A program made the translations under genes and the position numbers. Shown here piece after piece: positions 11,332-22,364 of a stretch of 64,000 nt of DNA; within the stretch, counting starts at the first letter, position 1; every line of letters begins with the position of its first letter. This DNA comes from an uncultured cyanobacterium. GTDB taxonomy: Bacteria; Cyanobacteriota; Cyanobacteriia; Cyanobacteriales; Cyanobacteriaceae. The stretch spans positions 1 to 64,000 of the forward strand of contig CAVVOP010000009.1 in the NCBI GenBank assembly GCA_963749915.1, read 5' to 3'. The notes under the pieces were generated by a model. The model searched no databases, had not been told where the DNA came from, and saw only the letters and a list, made by a program, of their open reading frames with translations.

Positions 11332-11930
11332 GTGCGACCCGTTGGTTGAAATGAGTAGAAATACTCAGGGAAAACCGCAAGAAAATAGAAGGGTGACTAA
11401 CCCGACTGAACCTTGACAACTTGATAACCATGAAGGTGTAAGTCCTTCCCTCCAAGTGCAGGAGTGACAGCACTTTCCCCACAACTTAATCTAGCAAATT
11501 AAGAGGTGAAGCGGGAATGAACGGCGGTAACTGGTAGCCTAAAACTGGAATCCCGTCTAGAAAGAATCCAGTGTTGCCCAAATTGGGGTAATTCATAAGC
11601 TAAATCCCATCATTAGAGGATGGTCAAACTACTACAGTCCAGTGGTCAGCAAAGAGATATTTACTAAACTAGACCATCTCATTGTACAAAGACTAATTAC
11701 ATGGGGAAGAAGCCGACATCCAAACAAAGGAATTCATTGGGTAGTCAGAAAGTACTTTCAAATACAAAGGGAATAATCCCTGGTCTTTCGCAACCAATGA
11801 AAAAGGACTCAGAAACGAGTATTGTACACTTAGCCTCACATAAGGAAACACCGATTGTTAGGCATATTAAGGTACAAGGCGATAAAAGTCCTTACGACGG
11901 CAACTTAGTTTACTGGAGTAGCAGATAAGG
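11332..11930 (+). mobile_element. Group II intron remnant (5' ribozyme part plus maturase fragment)
   Basis: Begins GTGCGACCCG; later encodes PIIRGWSNYY...SKEIFTKLDH and TPIVRHIKVQGDKSPYDGNLVYWSSR; RT core and 3' end not seen. Confidence 0.75.
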
Positions 11931-12017
11931 GAAATAAAGATCCCGAGCAGAATAAGGCCGCCAAAAAACCAAATTTTTTTTCTCATCTTTTTAACTAATT
12001 TGTCTTATCTGAGAAAC

Positions 12018-12143
12018 TAAGAACCTGTTTGAAAAGCCTGATTGATGGATATTGTTTAACGAAAAATTAGATGTTTGAGAAAATTGAAAATCAATTTTCA
12101 GGGTGTTTTAATACCATACGGAAACTTTTCAAACAGCTTCTAA
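12018..12143. mobile_element. MITE-like element
   Basis: Ends TAAGAACCTGTTTGAAAAG / CTTTTCAAACAGCTTCTAA, 17/19 inverted match; non-coding. Confidence 0.55.
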
Positions 12144-12412
12144 AGTTAGATATTTGAAGGATAAAATCCTTACTTACAGTCAGTTTCTTGCTTTACTTAT
12201 TGAGGAAAATTGTTGCCAATTTTGAATTTCTCCGTCAGAAGTTATTCACTGACTTAATTAATAATACACTTAATTAATAATACTTAACAAATTCATTATG
12301 TAGTTAGCAAGGTAAACAATGTATCTCACAATTGTGGGCAACGCTTTATTGACACAATAACCTTATTTTATGGTATTCTCAGAAAGTTAATGTTGCTCAG
12401 TTATTATTTAAG

Positions 12413-14044
12413 GTAACCGTTCACACCCCCCCATTTGTCGAAGCCCTCTTTTTTCATAAATGGGAGTTTTGTTCGCGAGATAAAATCGCGAACTTTACCC
12501 AGAATGATGATCTGTGTGATCACCCCCTCAGATTTTTAAGTTCTCTTTCATTGGCAGAGAACTTTGTCCAATTACTCTACTGATCAACCAGTGGGTATTG
12601 GTGGAGGAGAAAGACCTTTTCTTGCCCTCGCAATTACTTCACAGATATATGACCATGGATTTACACTTCTCAAACGGCAAGTTTCAATCACACTCAACAA
12701 GCAACTGTAAGCCAAACTCCCTTCGTTGGTTCTAGTGCCATAACTGATTCTTCGTCCAATTACTGCATGACGTAAAGCTCTTTCGGCTTCATTGTTGGTT
12801 GGTGGTAATTCTGGATTATTAACAAATGCAATCACCGCATCCCAATCATTGAGAATTTCTTTGGCCAAGGCTTTGAGCTTGTCATGAAGTTTTTGGGAAC
12901 CTAAAAAACAACTTGCTTCTAGCACCATCAAATTATTTGAAATCGTTTTTGATGATTTATCCTCTCCCTTGGCAATTGCCGTAATTAGTTCCTTTAAACT
13001 ATCTAATATCCATTTTCCTATTTGTGCTGCTTTTTGATTCACTGCCCCTGTTAAGGCAATGGCTTTTCTGATTAAATGAGCCAGGCATCTCTGCCTTTTC
13101 GGATAACTACGATAACTTAAATAACCATCTGTGACTAACAATCCCACAAAGGCTTCTGTCACTAAATGTAATAATTCTTCTTTCCGGCGAGAACCAATGT
13201 GATACACTGCTGTCTTCCCTGAAATAGCTACCCATAACCATTGAAGAGCTCCTTGAACTTCCCAATGAGTCTCATCTAGATGTAAAACTTCTACCTTTTG
13301 TATTTCTTCAATTAATTTTTCTACCACTGGACTACAGGCTATTCCTGCTTCGCGAATACATCTGTCGATGGTTCCCACACTCAATTCTGTCTCCGTCCAT
13401 TCCCAGAAAAATTCTTTAATTTTGACTCTACTCATTCGGTAACGTACACTTAAACTAGCAATGAAAGTTGCCAACATCGGACCTACCAACACATATTCTT
13501 TTAATTTTAAGTCCATTGAGCGACCATCAATGGTTGAGATATAACCGACCCCCGGACTTGCTTTGGTCTTATGTCCACATTCACAAGTTAACTCATAATA
13601 ATGGTGTAGCTGACAAACAACTTTTAATCCCGATTTTAGAGCTTTTAATTCCAGAACATGATACCCCATATACGGTTTATCATTTTCAATTGTTAACGAA
13701 TGATTACAACTAGAACAATAGTCGGGATAATGAGGGATAATTTCTTCTGTAACCAGTGGTTTTGTTCGCCCAAATCCCTTTGCTCCTGGTTGTTTGCCTG
13801 GTCTTCTTTTTGGCCCTGAATCGTTAATCAATTTTTTTCCCAGATCTGCTGAAGTCTGATTTTCTACCTGTGGTACTTCTTCTTTAATGGAATCTTCTGG
13901 TTGATTATTTAATTCTGATGGAACATGGAGATCTTCTTTCTTCTTGTTTTTCCTCTGATAAGGATTGTCTGTCGAAGGTGGACGAGAACTATTACTTGAG
14001 GAAAGTTCTAGTCTTTCACATTGTTCTACGACTAATTGATGCAA
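12413..14044 (-). mobile_element. IS66 family element, probably 5'-truncated; transposase 12584-14044
   Basis: GTAACCGTTCAC terminus at 12413; SSSNSSRPPSTD, LHLDET, LVTDGY and TNNEAERALR motifs; second IR not found. Confidence 0.85.
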
Positions 14045-14175
14045 GAGGGATTTGAATACTCTCTAAAAAGCTCGCAGTTAATTCTCTCCCTATTCTCCTA
14101 CTTTTTAGTTACATTGTAAAAAACCTACACCAGTGAGAGGTCAGAATCCCCCTGCCTTCTTCAATGCACCACCTG

Positions 14176-14415
14176 TTATTTATCTTCTCGATCGCGCTGG
14201 ATTTTAGCTTGTCTTAAGTATTCTTGTCCCGCCCCCACAAAAAAGCCGATACCTCCCCCCAGCAAACCGTAGGTACGGAACAAGCGACGATAGGAGTCAG
14301 TCTCGTACCTGAGTTGGTTCTCCCCAGGTTGTCCATACTTGGCTAAGCCTAAACCGACGACAAAACCGATAGCCGCTGTCATAATCGCTGAAAAGAGAAT
14401 ACGCTTTTTGTTCAT
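14176..14415 (-). CDS. Small hypothetical membrane protein
   Basis: 79 aa with two Gly-rich hydrophobic segments. Confidence 0.6.
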   Translation of the reverse strand: MNKKRILFSAIMTAAIGFVVGLGLAKYGQPGENQLRYETDSYRRLFRTYGLLGGGIGFFVGAGQEYLRQAKIQRDREDK

Positions 14416-14437
14416 AAATCGTTTATAATTCTACTTA

Positions 14438-15996
14438 CTCGACTGTTGTGATTTAGATTTTGCGATCGCTAAGTGTTTAACTAATTAAGCAATTACCTCC
14501 TTTTGTTGTTTGATAAATAAACGCGAAAAAACCTCAGAAGCCGATTGACCCTGTTGAAGTTGGTTATGAGCTAACAAAATAAGCTCTTCAATCAACTTCT
14601 GCCCCTGTTGACGACAGACCTCCCCAATGGTTTTAATGGGGTGTGGGAATAGTTTCCCATTGCTTCGTATCGGTGACGTAGGTAAACTATCTAGATGTAG
14701 GAGTGAATAGGCTACGAAGACCAGACACCAATGTTTTTGAATGGCTTCGGCACTTCGCATTCGATATTCATCCAAACCTAGATGTCCTTTACTATCCTGA
14801 TAGAAGGTTTCTATCGGCCAACGTTGTAGGTAAGTAGTGAGGATTTTCTTAGGGGACCAGTCAGTTCGGTTGCTGACCAAAACAGCATAAGTCCCAGTTA
14901 GTTCAGGATCTTCAAAACTGATGACCAGTCGCACTTTTCCTAATCCGGGAATTCTCAGGCTTCGAGTAAAACACCAGTAAAATTTATCTGCCACCTTCAC
15001 TCTTCGGTAGGCGTTTTTAGGAATCAGTGGTACTAGCTCCTCAACTTTAATATGAGGAGCTTTTAAAGTCATCGGTTGTCCAAGCTCATCACGAAGTACA
15101 AAGCTGTTAACCTCCAGTTTACGATTCTTTTTAAGCAGACTGACCCAATCTAACTGATTCTCTCCTAGCGCAGCTACGATATCGGGCGCCAAATACCAAC
15201 TGTCCATCAACACGGTGGTAAAGGGTAGTTTTCTGCTCTTGGCTTGTTCAATTAACTCAATGGCTAAAGCTATCTTCGTCTGAAATTGACAGTGTAATTC
15301 CTGAAATTCGGGATCTTTAAGCAGAGTCTCATCTAAGAGCTTATGCAGTTTTTGTCGCTCCTTTTGCTTGTGGGGAATTTTCTGGTCAGGAAAATGCTTC
15401 TTAACAAATTCTGACCAACGTGTGACTTCTTCATAACGTCGATATATCCGCAGGTCAACGGGGAAGCGGACTGGTCCTGACAAATAGTGGCTGGTAACGA
15501 GATTATGAGCCAGAGGATAATCGTTGTGGGAATGGTCGTAATGCCGGTCAACATACTCAAATAAACTGCCAACATGTTCACATAAAGTATCGTCCAATAT
15601 CAGATAGGATTCTGGTGCCGTTTTACGATGGTTTGCTGTCTGATTTAAAAGATATTTGATTCTCTCATTGTTAACTTTTTTTTGACTCCACGGTGCTTGC
15701 GACAGAAATCGAGAAAGATTAGTTTTGTCCGCACTCTCTAAAATACACCGACTGATGTTGGTTAAACTTTTGTTCTCTAAAACCATCAAACCTGTTAAAT
15801 AGTTCTGGAAGTGTCGAAACTGGCACTGATTCTCAAATAAGGGACGAAAGAACTCAGCATGAGTAGTAACGATTGGGGCTGGTTTGACTATGGGCAGTTG
15901 CATTATTATCTGCTTAGGGGGAAGGAATCTTAGAGTCTATTGAACCACACTGAATATCTCATTGGCAAATGGCTCTGGCAAATCACAACAGTCGAG
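14438..15996 (-). mobile_element. IS701 family element; transposase 14485-15903
   Basis: Perfect 17-bp IR CTCGACTGTTGTGATTT, with TTA on both flanks; LILDDT, LMDSWY and RWPIETFYQDSKGHLG motifs. Confidence 0.9.
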
Positions 15997-16017
15997 TTAG
16001 TTAGAGGTTAGACGATC

Positions 16018-16420
16018 TTGACTTTTATCTGTCATCATATAAATCTTATGCCTATTCGTGATTCTACCATAAGATTTATGATTCCCCGCACTCCTCTGCC
16101 ACATATTATCGAATACGTCGATGCCTTGAACAAAACACTTCGAGAGGAAGGTCATAAACCACTGTCGAGAATTCAAGGAAGTTTCTTGTGCTTTGTCTTG
16201 ATGGGAATGCTTCTGACACAATCACTTTGTTGGGCAAGACTAGAACGTGCCAGTGGTGGTCGTTACCAGGACGGCGCGCTTTGTAAAATGTTTTATCATG
16301 GTCTCAAGTGCTGGGACTACCTGCTTTGTGCCAGTGTGCTTATCGTCATGAAGCGATTCAATATTACTTCGGGAGTCCTTGTTATTGACGATAGCGATAG
16401 AGGTCGCTCCAGAATCAAAA
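16018..16420 (+). pseudogene. Transposase N-terminal fragment (IS701/IS4-like)
   Basis: Ends soon after GVLVIDDSDRGRS, which contains the first DDE Asp. Confidence 0.55.
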
Positions 16421-16468
16421 GCGATAGTCTGCAATGGTCAATTTTAATGAATAATTAAGACAAATTAA

Positions 16469-16612
16469 TTACATTAGACCTAACTGAGAAAGGATTCCTT
16501 GACCAGTTACATACTCAGTTACTATGCCAATAACAAAACCTAGCATCGCCAAACGGCCATTCCAAGTTTCTGCAAATTCACTAAAACCAAATCTAGATTT
16601 TTTATTTTCCAT
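16469..16612 (-). CDS. hli: High-light inducible protein (Hlip/SCP), 47 aa; not in the ORF track
   Basis: MENKKSRFGFSEFAETWNGRLAMLGFVIGIVTEYVTGQGILSQLGLM; ExxNGRxAMxG chlorophyll-binding motif. Confidence 0.93.
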   Translation of the reverse strand: MENKKSRFGFSEFAETWNGRLAMLGFVIGIVTEYVTGQGILSQLGLM

Positions 16613-17309
16613 GATGACAAACCTCTTTCAAATTTAATTATTATGTGAAGGTGGGTTAAGTTTAATTGTAAAGTTTAGTTACAAGAAGTTGACAGGAGTG
16701 GCAGAGTAGAAATATCCGAACTGGGTTAGTTATGAGAAGTATTTTTTGAAGTTCAGTGGTGCGGGTTTGAATCAAAAAGTGTATTCCGAACAATAAGTTA
16801 CGGTTTTTGTCTCCAGATTGGTAACGAGAAGCTACCCAAGCTTTTGGCAACAAGTTATTGAGATGAAAAATAATAAAATGTTTATAAGTACTAGCCAAGA
16901 GTTTCTCGAAACTAACTTCAGCTCATCTAAAAGAACAAGCAAAAATAACCTTTTGGCTATCTTGTTTTTCTTTCTGGGAGTGCCCAATATATATGCCGCC
17001 ATACAAAAGGGTAGGAGCCAAGGCAAATCCCTTAAGATGACATCAAATAAGGGATTATATTTAGACCAAACATCGAATATTTTTTCTAGATTTTCTCCTG
17101 GTCGCTACTTAAGCATTTTACTTCTAGGTGTGTTCACCGCTGGAATCATGGAAATGGTCAGAGCGATTGCCAAATAAAAATCAATTTTAGATTCTTTATT
17201 ATCAAGAGTTCTGACTATTCTCTATTCCCCGTTTTCTGAATTCTGCAAGAATTCTTTGATTTTTTACAGGGAACAAAATTAATCACGATAAACTTTACGA
17301 GAAAAAACT

Positions 17310-17693
17310 ATGGAACTCACTCAAATTAAAACTTTTCTGAATAATCCCAATCCTCAAAATCCCATGAAAGCCATCGTCGAGTTAAGAAATAATGAATTCA
17401 ATTCTCTTGAGCTTCTCTTTAACTTTTCTAGTTGGGGATTAGAAGGAAACGATTTAGTCGTTAAATTAACATCTATTGCTAACTTAGAAAGATTAAAAGG
17501 CACGACCTATGAGCAAGAAGCAATAGATCTACTTTGTGAACAATCTACTGCTGAAACAGTACAGATTAGAGTGCAAGTGGCCAAAACTCTAGGAGCTTTT
17601 GATGATCCCAAAGCTAAAGCTGCCTTAGTTCAGCTACGCTCCGATTCAGACTATAGAGTGATCGCGGCAACTTTAGAAAATTTGATTAGATAA
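17310..17693 (+). pseudogene. HEAT-repeat protein with in-frame internal deletion
   Basis: Both termini match 32988-33647, but about 92 central residues are missing. Confidence 0.8.
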
Positions 17694-17896
17694 CCATTAC
17701 TTTATTAAACCTATTCCCAGAGCTAATTTAGTGGTTGTAGAACCTAATTATGGACACTTTTATCATCCCAATCCGAAAGTTAAGGGAGATGCCTCTGGAG
17801 AATTACTATATAGTTCTCTTAAGGATTTAGAAGAAAATTATGAGATTAGAAGCTGAAAATAGCTGACATTTAATTACAAAAAAAGATTTAACTGAC

Positions 17897-19459
17897 ATGA
17901 AAGAAACAGCCTTAATTACTGGTGCATCTTCAGGAATCGGAGAAACTTTCGCCAGAGAATTAGCTTCTCGAAAATATAATTTCAGTAGATTGAAATAAAA
18001 ATTTTACTGATTTTAGATTTCATTGTGTCTTACCTACTGATATAATATTTACTTATATTATTTTTAGTTTGATATTGTTGGTATATAAACATTGGTTTCT
18101 ACCTGAAAAATTCTTTCTATTGTGTGGTTGAGAAAAGATAACATTTGTTTTAAAGAAAATATTTTATTATAGACTAATCTTCCTCCTTTTCTTGGCTTAC
18201 TTACTTTTTTCCATAATATTTTTACCCATATATTAACTAATAAAAATGATATTCCTACAAATAATAGTCTCCAAACTGGTTTTTTTGTTGTCGTTCTAAT
18301 TCTACAAACATTTTTCATTCTATAACTACTTTCAATACCAAATCTTTTTCGGTAACAAGAATGAATTTGCTCTATATTTATCTTAATGTTATTTATTACA
18401 TAAATATAGTATTCTCTTCCTTTTTTTCCTCTTTTTCCTTTTTTATATTTAACAATTATTGCTAGGCGACAATCTACATAGTCTTCTTCATTTTTTAACA
18501 TTTTATAATTAGTCTCATAGCTTTTTCTTCCTCTCATAAATTGTTTTATTCCTGCTTTTTTTCCTCTTCTAATAGCAGGAATAATGAAGGGTATTTCTAA
18601 TGCTTGTAACCATCTAATTATTGATATGCTGAAAAATTCTCTATCCAAATATAATTTTTCTATCTTTATGTTTAAACTCGATAATTCTGATAACAAATGA
18701 GTTAAGATACAAACCTTCGTTTCTTTCACTCGAATCGCTCTAATTCCTAAAGTTACTCTTTTATTTTTTTTAATCGTATATATCGTCGCATATCCATAAA
18801 AAGAACAAGTTCCATTTTTTGCTTGACTTCTACAAATATAAGGTTTTTCTTCTTGATTGGGTTCCCCATAATAACCAATCAAATTAAAATCAACTGCTAC
18901 ATTTAAACAATTATTTTTTAATCCAGAAGGAATTTGATTTTTTAATGCTGTATTAATTTCTTTTTCTAATTTTAAGAAATCAGATATTTTTTTGAGATGA
19001 AATCGAATATTATTTCCACAAGTTGCTAATTTTAATTCTTTAGAAGAATTTTCTATAGTATTTTGGGTCGAAGCGGCTCTTACTAAAACCAGAAATAAAT
19101 CATTATTTTTCCTTTTACCATGGTCGTTTAAAGAAATATTTTCATTGAGACAATCTACTACTTGTGTTAAGGTTTCTTGATCAGTTAAAACCAGTTTTTC
19201 TTGTTGATTATTATATTTTTGCTTCATGGGATAAAAAATATAAATTTTAATTATACTATTTCTTCATTATCCTCTAAAATAGAACCCTTTACTTAGTACT
19301 TATCTCCCAATAATCTCTTTATTTTTTTTCTTTTCGATTCTACTGACAGTAGTTACTGGCGGTATTGGCAATCAACTTCTGGTTAATATACCAAGGTTTG
19401 TCCCACGGGATTTATTAGTTAGTGCTGTGGAAAAACAGTTTAAAACCGAAACAGCTTAA
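17897..19459 (+). pseudogene. SDR oxidoreductase split by ISH3, middle deleted
   Basis: MKETALITGASSGIGETFARELASRKYN before the IS; VVTGGIGNQLLVNIPRFVPR...KTETA* after it. Confidence 0.75.
17982..19346 (-). mobile_element. ISH3 family element; transposase 18064-19227
   Basis: TCAGTAGA / TCTACTGA termini; VAVDFNLIGYYG, LYLDREF and YRKRFGIESSYR motifs. Confidence 0.85.
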
Positions 19460-19549
19460 CAACTTTAGATGAGTAGAGACTATCAATCTCTACTCCAGAT
19501 TAAATCAATAAAACTTAGCCTAAAGCCTTTTCAATGGTGGCAATTAAAT

Positions 19550-20865
19550 CTGCATCGCACTGTTAACTAATTGACGCGATGTGCAACTAAAAAGTAAAAA
19601 CTAACGAGATTTTAATTTTAAAATAAAATTAATCAATAAGTTCATTTTTTTTGCGGGCAGCTTCGCACTCGCCTTTGGCATCGCAAAGCTACAGGGCGAA
19701 GTGGCGTACAAAGCACGATCACGAAGTGGCGATCGCGCGATCGCTAAAAGCGTCTTGGTGAAAGCAAGATAAAGCAGTGGTTCATCGAATGTTTGGCCAT
19801 CGCCGGACAATAATTAAAGTATAGCCAGTATGAAATTTATGTTGACAATAGAAGATTTTATTATTTACGTTTTTTGCTGTGTTGATGATTTAATTCAGGA
19901 AGTACAGAATATTCACCCTCCACGTCGCAAAGGCTTTGCTCCTGCATTAAGTGACAGTGAAGTTATTACTATGGAAATTGTGGCTGAATACCATGGTATT
20001 GATACAGACAAAGGAATTTGGGAATATTTCCGTTGCCACTGGCAAGAATTGTTTCCCAAAATACCTAGTCGTAGTACTTTTGTTAGGCAAGCGGCGAATT
20101 TATGGCAATACAAACAGGTTTTACAAAAAAAGTTAGCTGGCCAAATGAATGGTTTTCAAGATCATCTTCATATAATTGATGGTATTCCCATTCCGTTGTG
20201 TTGTTTTAGTAGAGCTCCAAGATGTCGTAGTTTTGTGGGTGAAGCCAATTATGGCTATTGTGCTGCTAAAAAGGAGACCTATTATGGTTTTCATGGACAT
20301 TTAATTATTAGTGGTCAGGGAATCATCACAGGTCTAACTTTGACTCCAGCTAATGGTGATGAACGTGAGGCATTATGGGATTTAGTCAAAGGAATAAAAG
20401 GTTTACTCATTGGTGATAAAGGGTATATAAGTGAGCAATTAGGGGAAGAACTTATTCGTAATGGCATTGAATTGGAAACAGCATTGCGGAACAATATGAA
20501 AGATACTCGTCCTCAGTCGTGGGTAAAAATGTTGATGAAAGTACGTCGTTTGATAGAGACAGTAATTGGACAATTAGTTGAGCGATTTAATCTGGAAAAA
20601 ATTTGGGCAAGGGATATGTGGCATTTAACAAGTAGAATAAACCGCAAACTTTTAGCACATACTGTTTGTTGCTGGCTCAATCGTGAGAATGAAAATATCT
20701 TACAGTTTGAAACTTTAGTGTCAGCTTAATTTTAGTTGCACATCGCGTTAACTGACTTAAAGGCAAAGAAACGGCTCCAGTGATGTGAGATGTATTGAAC
20801 GCGTCTCTATCTCTAACATCAATGATGGTCAGAGCCGGTTCGCCCCAGTCGAGACGTTTTTTCAA
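19550..20865 (-). pseudogene. Rhodanese-domain gene remnant interrupted by IS982
   Basis: KKRLDWGEPALTIIDVR...SLPLSQL on one side of the IS and QLVNSAM on the other; paralogue of 27372-27722. Confidence 0.7.
19574..20748 (+). mobile_element. IS982 family element; transposase 19830-20729
   Basis: Perfect 19-bp IR ACGCGATGTGCAACTAAAA; imperfect TSD TAATTG/TAACTG; IIDGIP, IGDKGY and RRLIETVIGQL motifs. Confidence 0.9.
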
Positions 20866-21128
20866 GTCGTAAATACGGGATTTTTTTGCTTTCCCAATAC
20901 AAAACTACGTTTTCTGAGATGCTTTGTTTTTCTTTGCGTCACCCGTTTTCTCCACATCCTAAAACTAGATGGTTTCATTTGCTTTCTCATTAAAGTGATA
21001 GTTTCTGGTTCTGTGAGTCCAAATTGTTCTTGAATAGCTTCAAAAGTTGTTCGGTCTTCCCATGCCATTTCGATAATTCTTTCTATCTCTTCTAAACTTA
21101 AGAGTTGTAACTTTTTTTTAATTTTCAT
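20862..21128 (-). CDS. TIGR03643 (DUF2805) family protein
   Basis: RIIEMAWEDRTTFEAIQEQFGL and SSFRMWRKRV motifs. Confidence 0.85.
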   Translation of the reverse strand: MKIKKKLQLLSLEEIERIIEMAWEDRTTFEAIQEQFGLTEPETITLMRKQMKPSSFRMWRKRVTQRKTKHLRKRSFVLGKQKNPVFTT

Positions 21129-21181
21129 GTTTATTTTTATGACCTATTTCTATTAATCTCTGATGCACTCATCGCATTAAA

Positions 21182-21829
21182 TCAAGTCAACAAAATTAGA
21201 TTAGCCCTGAGCTTTTGTATTAGAGAAAAAAGACCATCACTCATGAGTTGAATTCCTATAGCTAAAAGAAAAAAGCCGAGAATACGAGTAATCGCCTCAG
21301 TACCACTTTTCCCCATCGCTTTTACCAATGGAGTTCCCAAGGTCAAACAAAGATAAAGTATGATCCCCAAACCACCAATTCCGAGTAACCCTCCGAGGTA
21401 ACTTTCCCAGTGGGGATTACTCGTTGCCAAAGCAATCACTAAACCAATAGCACCAGGACCACTAATCAGAGGTATTGCCATGGGAAAGAAAGCAATGTCT
21501 TGCTTCGGTGTTTCCCCTTGAGTTTCAGAAGGATTCTCCTGTGGTTGAACTACCATTTTCCATGCTGTTTGAGCTACTAACAACCCTCCAGCAATTTGTA
21601 AAACTCCTAAAGAGAGTCCAAAAAACTCAAGTACGACTCTACCAGTTAGGAAAAAAATGGCCAGAATCATAGTGGCATTAATAGCCACCTGTCTTGCCTG
21701 TCGCCGTCTGTCACGAGAACTTTCGTGAGCAGTCAAACTATAAAAGATAGGAATGGCACCAATGGGATGAGTGATGGGAAGTAGGGCGAGAAAAGTTACT
21801 GTCGCAGAGGCCATCAATTGAGATACCAC
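21182..21829 (-). CDS. MarC family membrane protein
   Basis: PIGAIP, IAFFPMAIPLISGPGAI and TRILGFFLLAIG motifs. Confidence 0.88.
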   Translation of the reverse strand: MVSQLMASATVTFLALLPITHPIGAIPIFYSLTAHESSRDRRRQARQVAINATMILAIFFLTGRVVLEFFGLSLGVLQIAGGLLVAQTAWKMVVQPQENPSETQGETPKQDIAFFPMAIPLISGPGAIGLVIALATSNPHWESYLGGLLGIGGLGIILYLCLTLGTPLVKAMGKSGTEAITRILGFFLLAIGIQLMSDGLFSLIQKLRANLILLT

Positions 21830-22364
21830 GGTAGTTAACCTCCGTCGAAATATTAATTAGTGTAATTGTTAACTATTGTAAATATTCTTAATGATCTTGA
21901 GAAAGGAGAAAACCGTAAGTATTCTTATTAAAGGTATAAAAAATATAGAGAAAACTTAAATTATCAATGCTTATGCGGTTATCCTCATTGCTGATTAAAC
22001 TCAGACAAAGATAAAGTTTTAATTAGAAAGTTAATAAAACTTAACTAAAAACTTAACAAAAGTTTGTAATGGAGGGATTTGTGCTCAGCCTGTTAACTTT
22101 ACTAATGTATATCTGGGGGATAGGGATACTTCTCAACCGGTTCAGCCAACCTAAACCATCTCAATAACTAAAATATTCCGTTCTTTCTGTCTTTCAGAGT
22201 CTTGAATCTTTAATTTAAACAATTATTCAATTAAGTTTTATTCCCCAAATTTTGACGAGTGAATTTTGAATTCCAAAAATTGGTCCATCTCAAATCGACA
22301 ATTTGCCATCGATAATGCCTTGACAACATTTCCGAAAAATTAAACAAGAAGAAAAAATTGTCCT

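Noticed and set aside
16818..17177. 119-aa ORF as an intact gene
   Set aside because: Looks like a chimera of membrane-protein fragments; no family could be assigned.
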